Assembly (NCBI GenBank): GCA_963707895.1
Contig: CAVPRS010000002.1
Location: forward strand, 432,202 to 496,201
Direction of reading: 5' to 3'
DNA length: 64,000 nucleotides
From: an uncultured Actinomycetota bacterium
GTDB taxonomy: Bacteria; Actinomycetota; Actinomycetes; Actinomycetales; Dermatophilaceae
Below, in pieces: positions 56,515 through 64,000 of this stretch (positions within the stretch are counted from its first letter, which is position 1; every line of letters begins with the position of its first letter). The notes beneath the pieces were generated by a model. The model was not told where the DNA came from and made no database searches. It saw nothing but the letters and a program-made list of their open reading frames with translations. The translations under genes and the position numbers were made by a program.

Positions 56515-57683
56515 CGACCCGGCCGGAAGCGGCAAACGGTCGTCACAACGCGCTCCACTTCCTCCTGTGATAAACCCGGATGAAGCGGGAGCCTGACGAT
56601 CCGCGAGGCTCGATCGGCCGTGACATCACACGGCGCAGGTGTGCGGCCGAGACGACGACCAGCGGGCGAGCTGTCGAGCGGCTGGTAGTGGAACACAGCG
56701 GAGATCTCGCGCTCGCCGAGGAACTTGATCAATCCTGCCTGGTCCCTTGCTTCCGGCATCATGAGGTAGAAAACGTGCGCCGGATGGTCACAGCCGGAGG
56801 GTACGTACATGCTCTCGACGCCATGGCGTGCGCACCAGTGAGCGAGTTGAGTGGCGTAGGAAGTCCAGATCTCACGGCGACGTCGTTGCATCGATGCGAA
56901 GGCACTCACCTGTGCCAGCAGTAGCGCGGCATCGAGCTCGCTCGGGAGATAAGACGACCCAACGTCCTGCCACGTGTACTTGTTGACGGCGCGACGAAGG
57001 ACTCGGCGCGATCAGTGCCCTTCTCACGGACGATCTCGAGCCCGCTCAGCGAACCGGGCATCGTCGATGAGGAGCGCGCCACCTTCCCCCGACGTGATGT
57101 TCTTCGTGTCGTGGAAGCTCTGCGCGCCAAAGGCGCCGAAGGTTCCCAGGTGGCGACCTTGCCAGTACGCATCCATGCCATGGGCGTTGTCCTCGACCAC
57201 CGCGACGCCCAAGGGTTCCGTCAAACGGAGTAGGTCATCGATGTCGGCGGCAACCCCGCCGTAGTGCACGACGAAAACAGCTCGCGTCCGCTCCGTTAGC
57301 GCGGCGGCCACGCCCCGCACGTCCAGGTTCAGCGTGTCCGGCCTGATGTCGACGAAGACCGGCGTGGCTCCCCGGAGCGCGATGGCCGTCGCCGTCGACG
57401 TGAACGTGAAACTAGGGCAGATCACCTCGTCGCCGGGTCGCAAGTCCAGGAGGATCGCGGCAAGCTTCCAGGGCGCGTCAGTCCCAGACGTGGTTAGCAG
57501 TGCGTTGCCAGTCCCCGTGAAGGAACGTACCCACTCGGTGGCACGGTGGGTGAATGCTCCATCGCCGTGCCACATCGGTGATTCGAGCACCTGCCCCAGA
57601 AGCTGCGCCTCGAGCCCGGTCCGGAATGGCGCGGTGAACCGGATCGGAGTGACGGTACGTGTGCCGGCTCGTGCGCGGGTCAC
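56511..57683 (-). CDS. rffA: dTDP-4-amino-4,6-dideoxygalactose transaminase (WecE/RffA-like), frameshifted
   Basis: GDGAFT, PSFTFTSTA, VEDNAHG, SFHDTKNITSGEGG, REKGTDR and KYTWQDVGSSYLPSEL motifs. Confidence 0.88.
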
Positions 57684-58728
57684 CGCTCGGCCGCCTTGAG
57701 GTTATGCGGCTCCGCGGGCCTTGCATCAGCAGCGTCGGAACGATCTCCGATGTCGCGCAGAAACTGCGCCGTGGGTAGAGGCTGGCCGAACTCGGAGGGC
57801 CTGACGACGTACGCCGGTCGTTGCATTGATCGAACGTGGAGGCGCCCGATGTACTCACCGATGATGCCGAGTGACAGCATGACGGTGCCTGCGACGAGGC
57901 CCAACATTGCGATGGTCGTGGTGAAACCTGCTACCTGTACACGTCCCATCCAGTACATGACCAGGACGGTGATGAGAGCAAGGAGCCCGAACCCAGAGAC
58001 GACCAGGCCCAACAGCGTTACGAGCCGCAACGGCAGGACGCTGTAGCCCGTGGCCATGTTCGCTGCATGCAGCATCAGACGCGTCACGGAGTAGTTCGAG
58101 CGACCCACCTGTCGCAGATCCATCTCCACAGGCGCACGTCGCACCGAGGTGGTCACCCACGACAGCACCACGTCGAGGGAGACGAAAGGATCCGTGACGT
58201 GTCCAAAGCCCTCTCGCAGGTCTGTGCGGAAGGCTCGAAAGGCACTGACATCGCGCGCATTGGGAACGCCGGCCAAAGCCAATGCAGATTTGATGGATCG
58301 CGAGGCAAGGGATCGCACCACGCCGTGCTCCTCTTCGACCGGCACGCCGTAGACGAGGTCAACAGAAGCGTCACTGAGTGGAGCAAGCAGCGTGGGAATC
58401 TCTTCAGGTCGGTGCTGAAGGTCGTCATCCATGGTCACTGTCACGCCGAAGCGGGCGCGCGCCACACCAGCCAGCAGCGCATTGTGCTGTCCGTAATTAC
58501 GCCGCAGCCTTACGACTCTCACTTTGTCGGCCGCGTAGCGGGCCGCCTGCTCGCGCGCCACCGCTGCAGTGTCGTCCGGCGACCCATCGACGACCAGGAT
58601 CACTTCGTGCGTCGGGGTGATGCGCCCGAGCGTCGCGATCAGGCGTGCGACGAGGTCGGGGAGCGTGTCGCGTGACCTGTAGCAAGGGATCACGCAACTG
58701 TGACCCCATCCGCGTGCACCGACGCCAT
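57680..58728 (-). CDS. GT2 polyprenyl-phosphate glycosyltransferase (ArnC/GtrB-like), frameshift near 58697
   Basis: IPCYRS, VVDGSPD, RNYGQHNALLAG and TMDDDLQHRPEEIP motifs; two C-terminal TMs; IIGEYIGR. Confidence 0.9.
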
Positions 58729-58973
58729 TGCGTTCACGACTCCATCCGGATGGTGAGGAAAGCAGTGCGCGAGGAAGAGGGTGTGGAATCCGTCCACCAC
58801 GTCAATCACGCCCTTCCCCGTGCCGCGGACATCCGAGTGTTCTCCGCGCCGCCACCGTACGACGTGCCGTCCCATGGACGGAAGGCGCCGATTCGCTATC
58901 TAGCCGTTCGGGGGACCCAACGAAGTCCGTTCGGCCTGTCGTCCGCCGGGTCGACGGACCGGCAGCGTCTCTG

Positions 58974-60218
58974 ATGGAGGATGTCGGGGTGTCGTCGCCC
59001 GGCGGCCCTCCGGCCTCACATACGCCAAGCCACTCAAGCAGGTGGCTGGGTTCGCCGCTGGTACCTATCGCGATCTACGCGATAGCCGCCTGGTCTCAGC
59101 CGCCATGGTCATCTGGCAAGCCCCGCACCAGCCGGACCTCACTTCCGACCCCGGTTGGCACGTCGAAGGCACGCGGCCTGCCAGTCCCTCGTACTGGCAG
59201 GTCCTTTCCAACTGGGACGGGCAGTGGTTCAAGACGATCGCGCTGCACGGCTACGAAGGGGCGGACCTCGGCGGCGTGCCTACTCAGACGTCCTTGGCCT
59301 TTCCTCCCGGGTTCCCTCTCTTGGTGGGCGCCTTCATGCGGCTTACGGGGGTCGTTCGAGGTCGTCGCATCGGTCCTCAGCACTGTGGCCGCGGGAGTGG
59401 GCATGGTGCTGTTGCACAGGTGGCTTCGGGAGACACGCGGCGCCACAGTCGCACTGGTTGCAGTGGCAGTGCTCTCGTTCTTCCCCTCGTCTCCCGTGTT
59501 CCAGATGGCCTACAGCGACGGGCTCGCCCTGGCAATGCTGGTCGTGGCGACCCGCGCCGCCGTCGATCGCCGATGGGCACTTCTTTTCGTGGCCTCCGCG
59601 GCCCTGACGTTTACCCGACCGGTCCTGCTCGCCCTGGTGCTATTCATCCTGGTCCTGGAGTGGCTCCGACCCAGGACTGACACAGGGGGTCGCCGCCTGG
59701 ATCCAACATCCGTCCTGGCAGCTTGCGGCCTGAGCCTGATGGCGTTCGCCTGGCCGGCCATCGCCGGTTTGATCGCGCACTCGCCCATGGCCTACTTCGA
59801 CACACTCGCGGCGTGGACGGGGAATGGCCGGACAGGGGAGGGCTGGTTCATCGGTTTGTGGAACTTGGGACTCCACCTCGAAGCGGCGCTCATGGTGGCG
59901 CTCGTCATCATGATCTTCTATCTACGATGGCGCCGACGAGGAGATGACACCCCGCCGGACCACTTGGGTGCATGGGCAGGAATTTACATGCTCTTCGTCT
60001 TGATGACGACGCCACCGGGCACCGGCATCATCCGACACGCGCTCCTCACACTGGTCCCGCTGGGCACCTTCGGCCCGATGAGCACCCGCCAGCTCTCCGG
60101 CAGAGCCCGCGCAGCATTGCTGGGGGTTGTTCTCGTGGCGGAACTGGCTCTCCAGTGGTGGTGGGTCGCCAACGTTCTCATCGTGAACGACTCGCCATCG
60201 GAGTCGCTTCTGCCCTAA
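58974..60218 (+). CDS. PIG-V-like GT-C glycosyltransferase, frameshifted
   Basis: NWDGQWFKTIALHGY, LAFPPGFP, FFPSS...AYSDGL and TRP motifs. Confidence 0.75.
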   Translation: MEDVGVSSPGGPPASHTPSHSSRWLGSPLVPIAIYAIAAWSQPPWSSGKPRTSRTSLPTPVGTSKARGLPVPRTGRSFPTGTGSGSRRSRCTATKGRTSAACLLRRPWPFLPGSLSWWAPSCGLRGSFEVVASVLSTVAAGVGMVLLHRWLRETRGATVALVAVAVLSFFPSSPVFQMAYSDGLALAMLVVATRAAVDRRWALLFVASAALTFTRPVLLALVLFILVLEWLRPRTDTGGRRLDPTSVLAACGLSLMAFAWPAIAGLIAHSPMAYFDTLAAWTGNGRTGEGWFIGLWNLGLHLEAALMVALVIMIFYLRWRRRGDDTPPDHLGAWAGIYMLFVLMTTPPGTGIIRHALLTLVPLGTFGPMSTRQLSGRARAALLGVVLVAELALQWWWVANVLIVNDSPSESLLP

Positions 60219-60283
60219 CCGGCAGGCTCCCTGACTTGGGCTGCCGCGGCCCTTGCGCTGTAAGCCGTGGCATACGTTGAGCC

Positions 60284-60748
60284 TCAGCCAGATCGCGGTC
60301 GGCGCGGCCTGAAGGTCAGCCTGAGATGGCCCAGGAAACTGAACGTGAAGATTGGGATGAACACGATCAGTTGGGCAATGAAGGGCGCGATCCCGAAGCC
60401 CTCGACTAGCGCAGGAACGCCGATGAAACTCATGGCCGCGCCGGTCCACCAGATCCCCATGAAGGTCAGGAACTGCCTCGGCAGCGGTCCCTCTGCAACG
60501 AAGACGTGCCGGCGGTAGACCGGAAACGCGTAGCAGATTGCGACCACCTGCGAGGCAGCAACTGCCGCCATGTAGGGAACGTCAGCCACGAGGGCGCCCG
60601 CAAGGACGCACAGGTACACCACCTGCGTCGTGCCTCCCGCAAGTCCATAACGCACGACCGTGGGCCACGATTGCCACATGCGGCCCATGCGGGATCGCGG
60701 GAGGACCGCAAGGACGGGTACGTCGATGGGGACCACTACCTGTGCCAC
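60284..60748 (-). CDS. GtrA-family polyprenyl-phosphate-sugar flippase
   Basis: VRYGLAGG, four TM segments, YRRHVF and FLGHLRLTFR; start uncertain. Confidence 0.85.
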   Translation of the reverse strand: MAQVVVPIDVPVLAVLPRSRMGRMWQSWPTVVRYGLAGGTTQVVYLCVLAGALVADVPYMAAVAASQVVAICYAFPVYRRHVFVAEGPLPRQFLTFMGIWWTGAAMSFIGVPALVEGFGIAPFIAQLIVFIPIFTFSFLGHLRLTFRPRRPRSG

Positions 60749-60918
60749 GGCTCCTCCTCATGCCGCGCGTGATGCACGGTGGACCCACGCTAGGTGCGGC
60801 GAATCGCCAGGCCAATAGGAGCGGCTCACTCTTGGCCGTTCGGACGACCCTCCGTGGCCGGATGATTGAGTCGGTCGACCGAGACGCGCCAGTCGTTTGA
60901 CGCCCGGTGAGCCCCGCG

Positions 60919-62706
60919 TCAGCACCCCAGCTTCTGCGCGACGGTGGACCTGGGTCTGAGAACCTCCATGCGAATCCCCCGCCACTCCGGCGGGCCTTGG
61001 GTTGGTGAGAACGTGGCTACTCGGTCGTAGTCGACATCAAGGTCCAAGAGACCCCGGGTGAACGCTTCGCTCACATCCCAAGGATTGTCATCAGCGTGAA
61101 TCAGCCACGCCCCAGCGCGCTCCTCACAGCTTTCCCAGGCGAGAGATGATGCCGCAGCTGCCTCTGCTCGGGGGAAGATTCCGAAGAAGAACGCACGGCC
61201 CACCGGGTGCGGCCCCAGTTGGAACCGGTAGCCGGATCCGATCCCCGTCAGGTCTACAACCGGTGTCCGGTCCGTGATCCCGCCAGCACTTCTGACGTCC
61301 GACAACAGGTCCAACACCGCCGCGTCCGGCGATGTGAGCATGAGGGTTCCCCCTGCGACGCCGACGTCCCTCATCGGACCGCCTTCCGGGCCGAGGCCGA
61401 CTTGCGCAACGAGCATCGCAAGGAACGTCGCCGAAACCGACAGGCAGATGGCACTCGTGAGCAGCGCTCTGAACCGCTGCACTCCTCCCGATCCGTTCGA
61501 ACAGCGGGCGACAATCACTGCGGCGAGCACCCAGAAGGTCGACGCGAGCGCCATCGTCTCCGTGAAGGGCAAGTTCGTTCCCACGCTGGCTACATAGGGC
61601 GCGACGGCCAAGAGCGCCAGGAGGGAGATCAGGCGCCTGTCCTTCGTGAGCGGCGCGTCACCCCGCCGACCGTGTGCAAGCAGGATGGCAAAGGCCCACG
61701 CTGGAATGACCAGGGCCATCGGGAGGACGGCATTTGGGTCGCCGTTCACGGGGAACCTCAGTGGGGAGGACACGACGATGGCGACTGCGAGCAAGAACGC
61801 CACGACGGTCGCCGCGATCACGAGGGATGACAATCGTGGTCGCCGACTGTGCACGAAGTCAGCCAGCAGACCGGTGGCCAGCAACGGAAAGCCCAACAGG
61901 ACGAAACCAGCCAGATCTGGAGGGACCAGGCCCAGCATTCCGCGCACGGATGTATACCCACTCAAAAGCTGGATCTGGGTGTAACCCCGATACAGGTACG
62001 TCACTGTTTCGATCGCGTCCATTCGCGAGATGAGCATTGTGGTCCCAGCGGCCAGCAAGACCCCTAGCGCAGTCGCCGCAGCCAAGACCTTCGTCACCGA
62101 CTTGGCAGCCAGCAATACGCACGGGACCACGATCATCACAGCAACGCCCGTCGTAGGACGCGCCACGACCGCTAGCCACACTGCAGTTCCCAGTAGGAGC
62201 CCGGCCCGCCACGCGTGGCCGCGCGAGACCCACACCAGAGCAACCGCCACCAGCATCAGCGCCAGGAAGCTGATGCTCCGGTAACTTGGCACGCGGACGT
62301 TGATCGCGCACGCGCTGACCACCGACGCGACGACCACAATGATTCCCCAGCCACGTCCGGACGCACCCGTCCCCCGGGGTTCGCGCCACTCTTCGACGTA
62401 GCGCAGCACCTCATAGGCCATCCATCCGGCAGTGGTACCCAGCACCACGAGCCCGAGGACCCTAAGTAGCGCGATGTCTTGACCAAGGGCCGCGTACGCA
62501 GGATGGACGAGGAAGCCGAACAAGAAGACTTCCCCGTTATCGCGGTTCGCACCCGGGTCGGCGATCAACGACAAGAAGTAGCTCTCGTCGACGAAGTCCA
62601 GCCCATAACGCGCCAGCAGGAGCGCCGCGCCGAATACTGCGGCAGCCAAGAGAGCTACGACGTGCACGTACGACAACCGAGGACGGTCGACCGGTGGCAT
62701 CCTCAC
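60919..62706 (-). CDS. Membrane protein, putative GT-C (paralog B2)
   Basis: Intact 595-aa ORF; GLDFVDESYFL first loop, about 13 TM segments, extracellular C-terminus. Confidence 0.65.
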   Translation of the reverse strand: MRMPPVDRPRLSYVHVVALLAAAVFGAALLLARYGLDFVDESYFLSLIADPGANRDNGEVFLFGFLVHPAYAALGQDIALLRVLGLVVLGTTAGWMAYEVLRYVEEWREPRGTGASGRGWGIIVVVASVVSACAINVRVPSYRSISFLALMLVAVALVWVSRGHAWRAGLLLGTAVWLAVVARPTTGVAVMIVVPCVLLAAKSVTKVLAAATALGVLLAAGTTMLISRMDAIETVTYLYRGYTQIQLLSGYTSVRGMLGLVPPDLAGFVLLGFPLLATGLLADFVHSRRPRLSSLVIAATVVAFLLAVAIVVSSPLRFPVNGDPNAVLPMALVIPAWAFAILLAHGRRGDAPLTKDRRLISLLALLAVAPYVASVGTNLPFTETMALASTFWVLAAVIVARCSNGSGGVQRFRALLTSAICLSVSATFLAMLVAQVGLGPEGGPMRDVGVAGGTLMLTSPDAAVLDLLSDVRSAGGITDRTPVVDLTGIGSGYRFQLGPHPVGRAFFFGIFPRAEAAAASSLAWESCEERAGAWLIHADDNPWDVSEAFTRGLLDLDVDYDRVATFSPTQGPPEWRGIRMEVLRPRSTVAQKLGC

Positions 62707-62816
62707 ATGTCCCCCTCCGACGCCACCCCTGATCCGCCGGAAACGCTACCCGCACGGGATGAGAAGCGCAGACGAATCATTGATCGCCCCGTGCTGCCCG
62801 GATGTCAATCACCGGG

Positions 62817-64000
62817 TCAGGACTCGAGGAGGGCCGACAGCACGGACGAGTAGTCGTCGGTCCAGCTGAGGCGAGCCGGGCCAGCCGGCCGCCACTCGTG
62901 CTGGTCCCGCAGGGCTGCCGTGCTGCTGGCGTTCCCCGTCACCATGACCCAGGTGGAGTCGACGGCCGGCGGCACGGCCCCGGTGGCCTGCCTCACCGAG
63001 GTGGTCCAGCCGAGGTGGTCCGCCGATGCCGCGACGACGGGCTCGAGGTCGAGGTAGCGGTTGCTGACGTGGACCATGATCGTCCCGCCGGGCGACAGCT
63101 TGCTCGCGTAGAGGTCGAAGGCCTCCTGCGTGAGCAGGTGCACCGGGACGGCGTCCGAGCTGAAGGCGTCCAGCACGATGAGGTCGTAGGCCCCGTCCGG
63201 TGCCTCCTTGAGGCGCAGACGACCGTCGCCGACCACGGTGGAGACCGCGGCCCGGGAGTCGCGCAGGTAGGTGAACAACGCGGGGTCCTCGGCCATCGAC
63301 ACGATCTCGGGATCGATCTCGTAGAACGCCATGGAGTCCCCCGGCTCGCCATAGGCGGCGATGGTGCCGGTGCCGAGCCCGATGACCGCGGTGCTCGTGG
63401 GGTTCAGGGCGCTCATCACGTCGCCGAGCGGCCCGGAGCGGGAGTAGTACATCGTCGGCTCTGCGGGGTTCGCGAGGACCTGGCTGCCGTGCGAGGTGTT
63501 GCCGTGCTGGAGTCGTCGGACGCCATCGGCATCCGAGACCCGGTAGGAGCCGTAGAAGGTGCGCACCGTCTCGACCGTCCCGACCTCGCCGACGCCGGTC
63601 AGCACGACGACGAGCAGGACCATCCCGATGCCGAGGGACACGGGCGACTTCGCCGCCAGCCAGGCGCCGGCGATGGCAACGGCTGCGAGGACGGCGATCC
63701 ACCAGGAGCCGGCCGCAACGGCCGCCAGGCCGACGAGCAGGATGCCGGCTGCCGCGATGGCCATCCCCTGCAGACCGATGGCCCCACGGCGGCCGTAGCG
63801 ACGGGCGAGCGGGGACTGTGCGGCGCCCAGGATGCCGATGCCGAGCAGCAGGGCCGCCAGCAGCGCACCGGGGTACTCCCACACCCGGTCGAAGGCCATG
63901 GGGGCCACCAGCCCGTTGAGCAGGCCGCCGGCCGCACCGCCCATCGCGACGACGAGGTAGAACCGGGTGAGGTGCTCCACCGGCGGTCGCAGCGCGGCCA
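62817..64000 (-). CDS. Membrane-fused spermidine-synthase-like SAM-dependent transferase, 3' part (5' end beyond window)
   Basis: RTFYGSYRV, HGNTSHGSQ, VIGLGTGT, YEIDP, GDGR, LDAFSSDAVPVHLLT, HVSNRY and WTDDYSS motifs. Confidence 0.88.
   Translation of the reverse strand, partial: AALRPPVEHLTRFYLVVAMGGAAGGLLNGLVAPMAFDRVWEYPGALLAALLLGIGILGAAQSPLARRYGRRGAIGLQGMAIAAAGILLVGLAAVAAGSWWIAVLAAVAIAGAWLAAKSPVSLGIGMVLLVVVLTGVGEVGTVETVRTFYGSYRVSDADGVRRLQHGNTSHGSQVLANPAEPTMYYSRSGPLGDVMSALNPTSTAVIGLGTGTIAAYGEPGDSMAFYEIDPEIVSMAEDPALFTYLRDSRAAVSTVVGDGRLRLKEAPDGAYDLIVLDAFSSDAVPVHLLTQEAFDLYASKLSPGGTIMVHVSNRYLDLEPVVAASADHLGWTTSVRQATGAVPPAVDSTWVMVTGNASSTAALRDQHEWRPAGPARLSWTDDYSSVLSALLES

Noticed and set aside
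51700-62750. Integrative mobile element
   Set aside because: No integrase, transposase, tRNA target or flanking direct repeat was found.

Overview
High-GC actinobacterial chromosome segment. The gene order (NAD-GDH, pruA, WS/DGAT, Rv3235-like, secA, hpf, comF, lpqB-mtrB-mtrA) suggests Micrococcales/Intrasporangiaceae; this taxonomy is an inference. The sequence has many single-base frameshifts, even in conserved genes such as mtrB and the aminopeptidase, so most are probably long-read errors. 1-12 kb: amino-acid/peptide metabolism and transport genes plus a WXG100-like ORF. 12-36 kb: the conserved secA/mtrAB neighbourhood with two inserted blocks (MFS-RDD-repeat protein; an orphan tadE-tadG pair). 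36-64 kb is accessory. It holds a two-component pair whose kinase has a degenerate ATP-binding domain, a monoderm Tad/Flp pilus operon with three tandem Flp pilins and a VWA-TadB fusion, and an adjoining ~15 kb glycosylation island. The island encodes about seven GT-C-like polytopic membrane proteins in paralogous sets, WecE/WecD-like dTDP-Fuc4NAc enzymes, a polyprenyl-phosphate GT2 and a GtrA flippase. The best candidate for an undescribed system is this Tad-pilus-linked, lipid-carrier-dependent surface/pilin glycosylation pathway. A second signal is an apparently over-used heptamer, GGCATCC/GGATGCC, in the core genes that is scarce in the accessory region. No rRNA, tRNA, CRISPR array, transposase or integrase was recognised.
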